A stretch of 64,000 bases of DNA from Candidatus Hydrogenedentota bacterium (GCA_045863335.1 BTVY01000036.1:1-64000), one strand, 5' to 3'. Shown: positions 46,050 through 56,784, counted from the first letter of the stretch. The notes: a model not told the origin generated them from the letters alone. Numbers and translations are program-made.

Positions 46050-48572
46050 ATGGGCGTGAAGAAGATCGCAGTGCTTGGTGATGTCTGCGCGGACGTTCTG
46101 GAGGTATCAACGCCCTCCCGCAAACGGACGCTGAGCGAAACGGTATCGAACTGGCGTCTCTATCCGGAAACATACCTCCACATGCTCCCCGGTGGCGCGT
46201 TGTTGCTGGCGGAGTTCATTCAAGCAGCGTGTGACGGTGAGGTTGTCGGCTTGGACGGTGTCGACCTCGACAAGCCTCAGCACGACCGTATCCTCCAATC
46301 CCACCTGAAACTCGGCACCTTCCCAAAGACTCTCGGCAGCAAAGAAACCACGTTGCGGCTTCGACGGTACGCGGGATTCTCCGGCTCCGAAAATGCGCCA
46401 CTGCTACCGTGTATCGCAAGCGCTAAGGACGTCTCGCTCCTCGTGCTGGACGATCCGGGCAATGGATTCCGGTACGAGCCGTCTGCATGGCAAGCTGCCT
46501 TACGCACTTTGCCGAAAAGATCCCCGATTATCCTCAACATGTGCCGTCCACTCATGAAGGGGCAATTGTGGGACTACCTTGCCAAGTCGTACCGCGACAA
46601 TCTGCTGCTCGTCTTGAGCGCGGACGATCTACGGACGGTAGGCGTGCAGATCAGCAAGCGCCTATCCTGGGAGCGTACGTCGAAAGATCTCGTTTGGCAG
46701 CTGGAGAACAACGTATTGCTTCGTCCGCTTCGTCGATGCGGTCATGTGATTGTGCGATTTGGCATTGACGCCGCCATATACACGCGAAACACAGGAAAGA
46801 CGTCGCTGTCCCAACTGTGTTTTGATCCGTCCTCCGTGGAAGACGGCTTTGCGGAAACAATGCCCGGCACCATGCCGGGATTGACCTATGCCTTGGTCGC
46901 ATCGCTCGCCGCTGCGATAGACCGGACCGGCAATTTCGAGGAACTGACAAGCGGAATTCACGCCGGAATTCGTAGTGCGCGCGCTTTGCTCCGTACCGGA
47001 TTCAAAGTCGAGAACGCGGCCCCCCGTTATCCCATTCCGGAGATCTTTTCACCAACCGACTCGGACAAAACCCGTCTCGGTTGTGTCGAAATCAGTCTTA
47101 CCAAGTCCGGAAAGGATGCCGATCCGGGGTTCTGGCGGATACTGGACCAACTCAGCGAAAAACGATTGGAGGAAATGGCCTTCCGAATCGTTCGCCAAGG
47201 CGTGGAGAGGTCGCTCGGCGAGGTACCGTCCGGCCGGTTCCGCCATCTTCATACGGTCGACCGGGCCGAGATTGAGCACTTTCGCGCGATTCAGAATCTG
47301 ATGCGGGAGTATGTAAGCCGCGAAAAAACCAAGCGCCCTCTTTGCATTGCGGTATTTGGGCCTCCCGGTGCTGGGAAGTCTTTTGGGGTCGCGGAAGTCG
47401 CAGAAACGGTGGCACCGGGCAAGGTCCGAATGATCGAGTTCAATGTCTCTCAATTCGATTCCCCGGACGATCTCATCGACGCGCTGCACAAAGTCCGAGA
47501 TTCCGTTCTCGAAGGGCAAATTCCGTTAGTGTTCTTCGACGAGTTCGATTCCGGCTACGGCGGAAAACTGGGGTGGCTGAAGTACTTCCTCGCGCCCATG
47601 CAAGACGGTAAGTTCAGGGACGGCGAATCGATTCACCCCATTGGCAAATCCATCTTCGTGTTCGCCGGAGGCACTCGCGACTCGTTCGAGGCATTCTCCG
47701 CGGATGGGGTCCCAGGAACGGCCGAAAGTGCGGGGTGGTTCCGCGATGCTAAAGGTACCGACTTCGTGAGCCGCCTGCGCGGTTTCGTGGACGTGCTCGG
47801 CCCAAATCCGCGCGACGAGAAGGATAAGGTGTTTATCGTTCGACGCGCCATGTTGCTTCGATCCCTCTTGGAACGCCTCACACCCCAGTTGGTCGACGAC
47901 GAAGATTATGCGCGTGTTGATCCGGGCGTGCTGCGCGCACTCATCCACGTGCCAGATTACCGCCACGGCATACGCTCCATGGAAGCGATACTGGATATGA
48001 GTTCCTTGTCGAACGCCCTGTCCTTCGAGCAGGCGGCGCTTCCTCCAGCAAACCAACTACGACTCCATGTGGACCCGGAGATCTTCGAACGATTGGTACT
48101 TCAGGACGCTTCGTTTGGCGCCGTCCGGGAGCAGCTCGCACAGGCAATTCATGAACGCTTTGTCCGAGATCAGGCCGGAAACCGGCCACAGAGTGACGAG
48201 GCCATGCAACCGTGGGATGAATTGCTGGAGACCTACAAGGAAGCCAACCGGCGCCAAGCGGACCACATCCCGGAGAAGCTGAAAGCCATTTCCTGCAGTT
48301 TCACTCCTTTCACTCAACAACCAGTTTCCCCCATTAACTTCTCGAAAAAAGAGATCGAGATAATGGCGCGAATGGAACACGACCGGTGGGTACGAGAACG
48401 CCTGGAGGAAGGGTATACCCCAGGTCCCAGAAATCCGATCAAGAAAACCAGTCCATATTTGGGATCGTGGGAGACACTGGACGACAAGGTGAAGGAATTT
48501 GATCGCAATACAGTTCGGGCCATTCCGGATCTGATGACCAGCGTAGGTTTCCGGATCTATCGGTTGAGCTGA
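46050..48572 (+). CDS. PfkB-like N-terminus, AAA+ ATPase and tandem RyR domains
   Basis: GPPGAGKS and VFFDEFD. LAQAIHE...PWDEL..YKEAN and MARMEHDRW...PYL.SWE.L...KEFDR. Confidence 0.8.
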   Translation: MGVKKIAVLGDVCADVLEVSTPSRKRTLSETVSNWRLYPETYLHMLPGGALLLAEFIQAACDGEVVGLDGVDLDKPQHDRILQSHLKLGTFPKTLGSKETTLRLRRYAGFSGSENAPLLPCIASAKDVSLLVLDDPGNGFRYEPSAWQAALRTLPKRSPIILNMCRPLMKGQLWDYLAKSYRDNLLLVLSADDLRTVGVQISKRLSWERTSKDLVWQLENNVLLRPLRRCGHVIVRFGIDAAIYTRNTGKTSLSQLCFDPSSVEDGFAETMPGTMPGLTYALVASLAAAIDRTGNFEELTSGIHAGIRSARALLRTGFKVENAAPRYPIPEIFSPTDSDKTRLGCVEISLTKSGKDADPGFWRILDQLSEKRLEEMAFRIVRQGVERSLGEVPSGRFRHLHTVDRAEIEHFRAIQNLMREYVSREKTKRPLCIAVFGPPGAGKSFGVAEVAETVAPGKVRMIEFNVSQFDSPDDLIDALHKVRDSVLEGQIPLVFFDEFDSGYGGKLGWLKYFLAPMQDGKFRDGESIHPIGKSIFVFAGGTRDSFEAFSADGVPGTAESAGWFRDAKGTDFVSRLRGFVDVLGPNPRDEKDKVFIVRRAMLLRSLLERLTPQLVDDEDYARVDPGVLRALIHVPDYRHGIRSMEAILDMSSLSNALSFEQAALPPANQLRLHVDPEIFERLVLQDASFGAVREQLAQAIHERFVRDQAGNRPQSDEAMQPWDELLETYKEANRRQADHIPEKLKAISCSFTPFTQQPVSPINFSKKEIEIMARMEHDRWVRERLEEGYTPGPRNPIKKTSPYLGSWETLDDKVKEFDRNTVRAIPDLMTSVGFRIYRLS

Positions 48573-48579
48573 TCTGCAA

Positions 48580-50301
48580 TCAGGATTGCTGCATTCCCGC
48601 CACTACCAACCGCGGTATGTTACGGACCGCGCTCCGATCGTACTCCTTGATGGCGTCCGGCAGTTCGTCATAGGGAACGAGATACGGTGTTTGCCGCCGG
48701 CCCACGTCTTTTTCTCCCAACGTCCAACCCGCCAGAAACCGCTCCGCGTTCCAGCGTGCGTGCTCCATACGCGCAAGTGTTTCCACCCGATCCTCGGGAA
48801 TCTCCGGCGTCTCCTCCAGTTCCGCGATTGTTCGCACGCGGTACCCCAATGCGCGAAGCTTCACGGGGATGTGGTCGGCCTGTTGCCGATTGGAGTCCTT
48901 GAATTCCGGCGACAACCGATCCCAATCTTCTGTTGATGGACTCTTCTGGCCGCCGCGCTCCCGCTGTTTGGCCACGTAGTCCTCGTGGATCAGGCGGGCC
49001 AGCTTGTCCAGCCCGTCACCCTCCACCATTTCCCAAGAACACGACGAACGCATCGATCCGAAGCAGTACATGTTCTGCCCATTCGTGGACGGGGAGAACA
49101 AAGCCGCGAGCCCGGAATCCTGGTTTATCCGCACGAACACCGGTACGCTGTCTCGTTCGACATGACGGCGCACGCTCAGTGCGTACTGCGCGTTTCGCGA
49201 ATCGTTGTCAAAGCAGATGGCAACACTGCAGATTTCGGCGGGGTCCTGCGCGATCTCGGCGATACGGCGAAGCGTAAGTGAATCGTCGCATTCGGCGTGG
49301 ACAAACTCGATATCGCAGACATTGTCCAGCTGGGGGTACCTGACATATAGCCCCCGCCTTCTCGCCTCCGCCGAATGGTCGACAACCGTGACAGCCAGCC
49401 GTTTCCCGTTGGCAACGTGGCCGATCTTTGCTGCTTGAATGAGTAGACTCTCACCCATCTGCCCCAAACCAAATAAAACCAATCGGATTCGCCGGGGGTC
49501 ATCCGGGCCAATGTATTCGCGATCCAGGGGATGATCGCGCAATAGAAGGCGTGAAGCGTTTTCGTAGGAGTTGAAGACCGACACGTTGAACTTCTGTCCG
49601 GTCTCGCGGAGCATCGGGTGATCTTTGAACAAAGCCGCAAACGTGAAGTCCATCACCTGGACTAGACAACAAAGACGGTGACGGTTGGCGTGCGTTTGGC
49701 TCTCATCGAGTATTTCCTTCGTGCGAAGCGCGATCTCGATATTGACCCCGTCGTTTCCGCAAACCGCTATGGCCGTGCGCGCCCGTTCCACATGCGCCCG
49801 GCGAAGGATCGCCTGATGCGTTGCGTCTCCCGTCACCAAGAGAATCCCGGAGTCCCGCGCGACCGTAAGGCCATCGGCATGAGGATTGGATTCGATGATC
49901 GCCACTTTGTGCCCCCGGCTTCTGCATTCCTCCGCCAACTGCAAGCCCCTGCGCCCGAGTCCGCAGATCACCACATGATTCCGGGCGAGCGCGAGTTGAA
50001 GTCCACGCCAGCGATTCCGGATGAATTCAACGAAGATCCGCAGAACCGCCGACGCCGCAGTCAACGGCGCAAGAATCCGCGCCACTTCCAGTTGCCACGG
50101 AACCGGACCTTCCACGCCTCCGGATTCCATGGTAAAGAGCTGCCAGTCCAGGTAAACGACATCAAGCACGGTGAGGTTGTATCCCTTCAATTCACCGTGC
50201 CGGACAAATCCAACATATCCGAGTACCAACGAGGCTGCTGCAGCGACCGCGATCACAATCCATCCACGGCTGACCCTCCACAGGCTTCGAAGTAGATTCA
50301 T
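48580..50301 (-). CDS. 2TM channel-like domain, TrkA-N (RCK) domains and tandem RyR domains
   Basis: TM, pore-helix-like segment, TM; then HVVICGLGRRG, LFGLGQMG and LARMEHARW...PYLVPYDEL...KEYDR. RBS GGAG. Confidence 0.8.
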   Translation of the reverse strand: MNLLRSLWRVSRGWIVIAVAAAASLVLGYVGFVRHGELKGYNLTVLDVVYLDWQLFTMESGGVEGPVPWQLEVARILAPLTAASAVLRIFVEFIRNRWRGLQLALARNHVVICGLGRRGLQLAEECRSRGHKVAIIESNPHADGLTVARDSGILLVTGDATHQAILRRAHVERARTAIAVCGNDGVNIEIALRTKEILDESQTHANRHRLCCLVQVMDFTFAALFKDHPMLRETGQKFNVSVFNSYENASRLLLRDHPLDREYIGPDDPRRIRLVLFGLGQMGESLLIQAAKIGHVANGKRLAVTVVDHSAEARRRGLYVRYPQLDNVCDIEFVHAECDDSLTLRRIAEIAQDPAEICSVAICFDNDSRNAQYALSVRRHVERDSVPVFVRINQDSGLAALFSPSTNGQNMYCFGSMRSSCSWEMVEGDGLDKLARLIHEDYVAKQRERGGQKSPSTEDWDRLSPEFKDSNRQQADHIPVKLRALGYRVRTIAELEETPEIPEDRVETLARMEHARWNAERFLAGWTLGEKDVGRRQTPYLVPYDELPDAIKEYDRSAVRNIPRLVVAGMQQS

Positions 50302-50588
50302 GACACAACTCCACCGTGATGCCCTGAGCATCATTTCCCCGATTTCCCCTGATGCGCCAATCTCGCGTGTGGCCACGGGACTATACCATAGACCAGCATT
50401 CGCTACAGTCCCGTCTCTTCGACGGTTCCTGGCCCGGCCAATTCCAAACTTTCGACGATTCGGCAGCGAATCAGATGCCGTATTGATTCTGCTGCGTCTT
50501 TGCCGTACCTCGCGTATAATGCCTCTGGGCACGAACGAAGCTGGGGCTAGGGCCGCTCCCCGTACCGGGGTGCGCGGGTCAGACGTCA

Positions 50589-51611
50589 ATGCTTGGGGGA
50601 TCCGTCATGCGGAAACTCTCGGAATACGTACTTGGCAGGGAACTACAGTTCGGTACCGTTTCATCCAGGACACGGCTGCAGCGCTTTCGATCTGTTGCCG
50701 GCCGATTCTTGCTCGCTCTCGCAGCCACGAGCATACTGAGTTGCGCACCTGCCAGCGATGGTTACTCGGTGAGTCAACTCCAAACCAGCGCCGGAACCGA
50801 ATACCGCATGGAGTGGACGGAAGACGGCGAAACGCGCCACTTCATGACCCTGATCGAATCCGGTGGCGCCTTGGCGCTACGCCCCCACCCCGGGGTCGAC
50901 CCGAATGGCTGGGGATCGAGTTGGTACCCGCAGCCCTTCCTGGCGGGGGCGGTGCTCAGTCACAGTGGCGTGGACTCGGCCATCGCAACAGCGGACGGAA
51001 TTGAAGTTGCTCTATCCGGAGACGTATCAAGCGACGCCAACGGCACCTACGGCGCATGGTCGCTCGACATGGTCTTTACCTACGACGCGGTCGCAAAGAA
51101 GGTAGCAGGGGACGGCGTACTTTCCATCGCGCTGGATGGACCGATCGGTGCCGGTACCGGCGATTTGAATCTTTACAGAATCGCGTCGAACTACCTGGAC
51201 GACGTCCCCTTGCTCAGCGGCGGCATGGGCGATACCGGGGATATGGACTACGCGGCGGTCGTCGCCAACGGCTTCAACTTCGACTGGTACCCGCCAATCC
51301 AACCGGCCCACTTCCCCTCGGACATGACCGACACCCTTTCCATTGACGTCAAAGGCCAATACAACGAGGTCGATTCCGCCACGCAGGGCCACGCGCCAAT
51401 TGCTGCCGCCTATAAGCCCTCATTGAAAGTCGTGCTGAGCACGGACCAGTCGATCCTCACCTTCGGCGGGTTCTACGACACAAGCGTCGCACAAGACTTC
51501 TGGGAAGACAACGTCGGCATCACACCGCTCCTGCGCGTCGGCACAGGTGGAACCAATTTCGATTTCGACGTGGACTTCGAATCGATCGCCCTGGCAGGCG
51601 ACGGGGCGTGA
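50589..51611 (+). CDS. Hypothetical acidic beta-rich lipoprotein
   Basis: Hydrophobic stretch ending in an ILSC lipobox. The true start is probably downstream of 50589. Confidence 0.6.
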   Translation: MLGGSVMRKLSEYVLGRELQFGTVSSRTRLQRFRSVAGRFLLALAATSILSCAPASDGYSVSQLQTSAGTEYRMEWTEDGETRHFMTLIESGGALALRPHPGVDPNGWGSSWYPQPFLAGAVLSHSGVDSAIATADGIEVALSGDVSSDANGTYGAWSLDMVFTYDAVAKKVAGDGVLSIALDGPIGAGTGDLNLYRIASNYLDDVPLLSGGMGDTGDMDYAAVVANGFNFDWYPPIQPAHFPSDMTDTLSIDVKGQYNEVDSATQGHAPIAAAYKPSLKVVLSTDQSILTFGGFYDTSVAQDFWEDNVGITPLLRVGTGGTNFDFDVDFESIALAGDGA

Positions 51612-51749
51612 TTAGCTATGATCGAAATACAGGCTGCAGACGAGTGGGTCTTGGCCTTCGAGGGATCTGTTGCTGTGCTCAATCGAGCGATTCGGTGGGG
51701 ATGACGTGATCGACCAGCTTACTTGCCCGCAAGTGGACTCCAGGAAAGG

Positions 51750-54700
51750 ATGACCGAGGTGAAACCCCGCGTTGCCATGATCAGCAGTACGATGCTTGAC
51801 CTCCCAAATCATCGCAAGAAAGTTAAGGACGCATGCCTAAGTCGCAATATACTTCCTATGATGATGGAGAACCTTCCGTCCAGTGATGTCGAAGCGGTTC
51901 AGGTGTCTCAAGAGATGGTTGAGCAAGCCAACGTATACATCGGTGTATTCGCGCACCGTTACGGTCACGTCCCAGATGGATACGACGTTTCAATTACCGA
52001 GTTGGAGTTTGATCGCGCACTCGAGCGGAAGATTCCTATCCTGGTTTTTATTATGCACGAGAAATACCGGATCCTCCCCGGTACGGTTGAATCGGGTGCA
52101 AAGTCCAAACTCGATTCACTGAAGAAACGCGCCTGTGATGGCCGAGTCTGCAGAACATTCAAGTCGCCCGAGAGCCTAAAAGCAGAGGTCATCAACGCTC
52201 TCGCGGACTTGGAACGGAGGGAGACGACGGCAGGACTGCCAATAGCATCCGAGTGTTATCCCTTCGAGTTGCTATCGCCCGATTGCCGACTGGTACGAGC
52301 GCCTGACTCATCGCCAGACAATCCTTTTCCTTCTTGGCAAGAGTACGTCGAGCAAAAGGTCCCCAAACTGAAAGCAGATGAAATCATACAGGAGCGTCTG
52401 AGGTTGCACGGTTGGGCGTCTGTCCTGGATGCCGCCTCTGTTGGAAAGACTACGTTGTCGCTTCGGTTAGCGAGCGCTCCCGAGCGGCGGGATAACCCAT
52501 CCTACTATTTCGACCTTGCCTCCATCGCGGCAATGGACGAGGGCTCTTATCCGTTGGCTGCATTACGACGGCTTGCCCAACCGGGAACATTCCTAATTCT
52601 TGACAATATCCATCATCAGCCAGAACTTGCGCGCGAGCTCTGGACCCTATGGCGTGCACTAGCTAAGGGAAGCCAATTGCTATTGTTGGCTACGGACATT
52701 TTTCGTCCGGTTTTGACCGCGCCCGTCCAGGACCTTGCTTTCTTCAAGAGTCATTCGGAAAACCCGTCCATAGCACTCCGTCCAGAACCTGAAGACCTAT
52801 GGCACATTGTCCAGTATCTGCACGAACGGTTGGCCGGAAAAAGTCATGGCGCATTGCCCAATCCACCCGCGCATGTTCTTACTCGATGGCATCGCGACTT
52901 CAGGTGTGCTCTCGGCGCTTTTTGCATCTGGGCCATTGCCGGAATGAGCGAATTCAGGCAAGGGTGCTGGAACGTGTCTTTGGAAGCTACCGCTGAATGG
53001 GTGCGGAGAAAGTGGCTCAGTGGACTACCCAAATTAGAACGGGAGAACCTCGAATGCCTCGCGGTATTCGGCGCACAGGAATTTGAGATACAGGTGCCAA
53101 GTAACGCGCTGCCTCATCCCCGCAAGTTGGAAAAGCTATTCGCGCGCGATTTGGTATCGCGCACCCAACGGGGCGGACTCAACCCGTACAACAGCTACGC
53201 CCTGCGTGAACCAAGCTGGGGCCAATTGATTATTGCCGCACTCGACGCGCCGCCTGATGAAGAAGCTGTAATCTTTGACGCGGCGTTACGCGACCCGATC
53301 ACTGCGTCGATTTTAACTTCGCGGTTGCGGAGCTTGGGCCGTATAGAGTACACAGCGCGTTTGTGGGAACATTTAGCAAAGCAGCCAATTCTCTTCGCGA
53401 CTCGGGCGACAAAGGTCAAGCTCGAACTCTGGATCCACTTGCTTCGTGCGGCAAGGGATCAGGATAAAGCGGAACTTGCCGAGCGGCTATGGAACGCATG
53501 GGAATCCGAGCCAGAAGCGCTGCTTAAACGAGCTTGGGAGGCGCAACTACATTCCTTAGCAGCCTTCGTCGATTCGGCGGAGAAACACGGGCGCGAAACA
53601 CTCGCCACATTGCTATGGGAGAAGCTGGAGGAGCGTCGTGACGAGTTGTGTGAACGAGCCATGGAAACCTCACTTGAACAATCAGCGATCTTCCTGGCGA
53701 TGGCCCGGAAACACGGACACGCAACACTCGCCGTGGCGTTGTGGGACGCGGTGGAGAAACAGCCCAACGAACTGGCGAAACGAGCCGTGGAAACCTCCCT
53801 TGCGTCTACGGCTCGCTTCCTGGCGACGGCCATGGCGCATGAGCGCTTCACACTGGTCGCAACATTGTGGGACAAGCTGGAGGAGTTGGAGAAGGACGAC
53901 GATGAATTGTCCAAACGAGTCATGGAATCCCCCCTCGACGCTACGGCTCGCTTCCTGGCGACGGCCATGGCGCATGAGCGCTTCACACTGGTCGCAACAT
54001 TGTGGGACAAGCTGGAGGAGTTGGAGAAGGACGACGATGAATTGTCCAAACGAGTCATGGAATCCCCCCTCGACGCTGCGGCTCACTTCCTGGCGATGGT
54101 CGCGAAAGGACGCGCAACACTGGCTACAACGTTGTGGGACAAGTTGGAGAAACAGCCCGACGCGTTGGCGCAAAGAGCCTTGGAAACTTCGCTGGAAAAG
54201 TTGGCTGGTTTCCTGGCGACGGCCAAAGATCAAGAACGCGCAACCTTGGTCGCAACGTTGTGGAACAAACTGGAGAAACATGCCGATGCGTTGGCTGATC
54301 GAGCTTTGGAAATTTCTCTCGAACATCTGGCCTATTTCCTGGCGACGGCTAGGAACCACGAGCGCGCAACACTGGTCGAAACGTTGTGGGACAAGCTGGA
54401 GAAACAGCCCGACGCGTTGGCGCAAAGAGCCTTGGAAACTTCGCTGGAAAAGTTGGCTGGTTTCCTGGCGACGGCCAAAGATCAAGAACGCGCAACCTTG
54501 GTCGAAACGTTGTGCCGGAGTCTGGAGGAGCAACCAGCAAAACTTGCAAGCAGAGCAAGAGAAATGAATACCGCCAGTCTCGCGGGATTCCTTATCAATG
54601 CGCCGGAGACTCTTGCAAAGTGCGCTATCACAGGATTCACACAAGCCGATTGGCAGATTCACGTTGATAGCGGTCGCCCGCTTGTCGGCGCCGCGGCCTT

Positions 54701-55472
54701 GGCGCAACGTTTTGGCGAGTTAGGTCGCGCTGATCTCCAGGATACAATCGCGGAGAGCCTTCTGCGGCGCGCCAACTGGCGCGACTTTGGGTGGGTCGAT
54801 GCGGGGATACCGAGGGTGGCATGGTTACTGGCTAACATTCCGAGCACAGCGACTGAAGCTGTACCCCATTTCATCGACGCCATCTGCACAAGGAATTGGT
54901 TGAGACGTCAATACAAATATGGAGCGACTGGGCCGATTGCTGGCGGCCTCAGGGAACTGGCGATGCATCAGCCGCCTGAGATTTGTCAGAGGTTTCATGA
55001 TTGGAGTTTGGGCCTTCGTTTGAAGCAGGAACTCGAAGAGTTTGCCAATACCACTCCGGAGAAGCGGCACCTTACCGTGCAACTTCTGGGTTCCAGCCAA
55101 CTCGCCGGCTTCCGAATACCACGGGAGTGGCTGCACGGTTTACCCATGGACACTATGGGGCAGCTACCGCTCGCTGCTCTGCCGCATCGTCCCGACGCAA
55201 TGAAAGTCGAAGACTGGCAATTCAATCTCTGGCTCGGGTTGCGTGTCGTTGCGTCTTTTGGTTACGCATCCCTTCTAGTCTCCCCTGACGTCGTCGCTGA
55301 AACGCTCCGGCTTTGGCAGCTGAATTTGGCAGAGACTTCCGCCACACCGACGGCAACTGCCAATAGGGTGAACGCGAGCATGGTTGCGTGGCTCGAAGAA
55401 TGCGTTGCAACAAGAGATGGAGAACTTGCTCCAAACCAACAGCGGCTGTGGGAGCTATCAGGCTTCCCGTAG
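51750..55472 (+). CDS. DUF4062 (TIR-like) domain, STAND-like P-loop NTPase and ~42-aa helical repeats
   Basis: MISSTMLDL..HR, GVFAHRYG and SITELEF (DUF4062); ASVGKTT and LILDNIH; repeats of 'TLWDKLEKQPDALAQRALETSLEKLAGFL'. Confidence 0.78.
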   Translation: MTEVKPRVAMISSTMLDLPNHRKKVKDACLSRNILPMMMENLPSSDVEAVQVSQEMVEQANVYIGVFAHRYGHVPDGYDVSITELEFDRALERKIPILVFIMHEKYRILPGTVESGAKSKLDSLKKRACDGRVCRTFKSPESLKAEVINALADLERRETTAGLPIASECYPFELLSPDCRLVRAPDSSPDNPFPSWQEYVEQKVPKLKADEIIQERLRLHGWASVLDAASVGKTTLSLRLASAPERRDNPSYYFDLASIAAMDEGSYPLAALRRLAQPGTFLILDNIHHQPELARELWTLWRALAKGSQLLLLATDIFRPVLTAPVQDLAFFKSHSENPSIALRPEPEDLWHIVQYLHERLAGKSHGALPNPPAHVLTRWHRDFRCALGAFCIWAIAGMSEFRQGCWNVSLEATAEWVRRKWLSGLPKLERENLECLAVFGAQEFEIQVPSNALPHPRKLEKLFARDLVSRTQRGGLNPYNSYALREPSWGQLIIAALDAPPDEEAVIFDAALRDPITASILTSRLRSLGRIEYTARLWEHLAKQPILFATRATKVKLELWIHLLRAARDQDKAELAERLWNAWESEPEALLKRAWEAQLHSLAAFVDSAEKHGRETLATLLWEKLEERRDELCERAMETSLEQSAIFLAMARKHGHATLAVALWDAVEKQPNELAKRAVETSLASTARFLATAMAHERFTLVATLWDKLEELEKDDDELSKRVMESPLDATARFLATAMAHERFTLVATLWDKLEELEKDDDELSKRVMESPLDAAAHFLAMVAKGRATLATTLWDKLEKQPDALAQRALETSLEKLAGFLATAKDQERATLVATLWNKLEKHADALADRALEISLEHLAYFLATARNHERATLVETLWDKLEKQPDALAQRALETSLEKLAGFLATAKDQERATLVETLCRSLEEQPAKLASRAREMNTASLAGFLINAPETLAKCAITGFTQADWQIHVDSGRPLVGAAALAQRFGELGRADLQDTIAESLLRRANWRDFGWVDAGIPRVAWLLANIPSTATEAVPHFIDAICTRNWLRRQYKYGATGPIAGGLRELAMHQPPEICQRFHDWSLGLRLKQELEEFANTTPEKRHLTVQLLGSSQLAGFRIPREWLHGLPMDTMGQLPLAALPHRPDAMKVEDWQFNLWLGLRVVASFGYASLLVSPDVVAETLRLWQLNLAETSATPTATANRVNASMVAWLEECVATRDGELAPNQQRLWELSGFP
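53806..54513 (+). repeat. Intragenic near-perfect duplications (135-bp tandem pair; ~130-bp pair 252 bp apart)
   Basis: 53806-53940 equals 53941-54075, and ~54130-54261 nearly equals ~54382-54513. Confidence 0.88.
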
Positions 55473-55553
55473 CGCCAAGATCCGCCGTTTATCGCTTCAC
55501 TTCATTTGGCGAAAGTATGCAATCCGGAGGATTGACAGGATCGAGAGGGAACC

Positions 55554-56270
55554 ATGGCCCGTAGTTCCACGAGACATACGATTCTGCCTATGCTCTCACA
55601 TCGGTTCGTGCTGCGGAGGCATACGGAGTATGTCCTGAGTCTGGCGATGTCGGGGGATGGGCGGCGTTTGGTGAGCGGGGCGATGGACGAGACGGTGCGA
55701 GTTTGGGACGCCGGCACCGGCCGGAAGGTGGTGGTGCTTCGTAGTCAGTTGGTGTTATGCGTTGCGATTTCGCCGGATGGGCGGCGCATCTTCATCGGCA
55801 GTAAGGCGGGAACGATCCGCGTGCGGGACGCGGAAACGGGCGAACGGCTCGCGACGATGCGGGGGCATCGCACTGGTATCTACAACATGTTCTTCCAGAA
55901 CGGAGACCGGGAGCTGGTGACGTGGGACGTAAATGACGAATCGCGGGTTTGGGATGCCGCGACCGGCGAATGCCTGGCGTCGGGGCAGCTTCCCGGCACG
56001 ATGTGGGTCGGCCCGAATGTGCCAGAGGATTGCCCCTATCAATTTACCGATCGCGGACAACCCACTGTCATTAGTGACGCCGCCACGGGCGAACCCATAG
56101 CCGTGGTCGACCAATCCTTCTCGAGTATTGCCGCCTCGAATACCGGCCGCTGGGCGGGATCGAACGGTTCGGAGATCTACGTCTTCGACATGGCTGACAT
56201 CGGCGCGTGCGGCGAGGCTGCGCCGCGAACGTCTGTTCTCCGAGTTCGGCATTGGTTACCGAGGCGATGA
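55554..56270 (+). CDS. WD40-repeat protein (short)
   Basis: HTEYVLSLAMSGDGRRLVSGAMDETVRVWD and GH...VWD repeats. Confidence 0.8.
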   Translation: MARSSTRHTILPMLSHRFVLRRHTEYVLSLAMSGDGRRLVSGAMDETVRVWDAGTGRKVVVLRSQLVLCVAISPDGRRIFIGSKAGTIRVRDAETGERLATMRGHRTGIYNMFFQNGDRELVTWDVNDESRVWDAATGECLASGQLPGTMWVGPNVPEDCPYQFTDRGQPTVISDAATGEPIAVVDQSFSSIAASNTGRWAGSNGSEIYVFDMADIGACGEAAPRTSVLRVRHWLPRR

Positions 56271-56784
56271 CGACAGCGTTGGCCAATTTCTTCGGCCAGT
56301 TCGCGCGTTGTCGCGTGCAGCCGGGGATTCGTGGGGCGTCGCACAACTGCCTTCTGGACTTTCCTGCGGGAGGACAAATACGTATACTGTTTGAGCCAGG
56401 GACGCGTAAGCGCCGATGCGGTGCGCGCCAGGGTGGCGCTTGGCTCTGATTCGGGAACACGGACGGCGGAGTTGGACAAACTGGCTGTGGATTCAGTCTG
56501 GATTTGCGTACATGCTGGGCCGGGTGTTGCCCATGCCCGTCGGCCCTGATTTGTTGTGGTCGCGTCCAGCGTCTGCCCTTGCCTGTGCGTTGGGACAACA
56601 GAACGTCCTCATGCTATACTCGGTTTACCGGAAGTTAGTCACGCGGGAGGAGAGCAGGGAGTACCCTGCAAATCCCCCCGGGCGCGTCGAAAGCAACGTG
56701 TAAGTCTGCGTGAGTCCTTTACTTGTGGCGCGAATCGCCGGCGTGTGCAGCCGATTTCGCTAACCGACTTGGATACTTTTAAAC

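Noticed and set aside
53638-54707. Alternative-frame repetitive ORFs within the STAND-like gene
   Set aside because: They arise from the same DNA repeats read in other frames.
56270-56700. Small ORFs or a gene remnant between the WD40 gene and bactofilin
   Set aside because: No recognisable homology or RBS-supported start.
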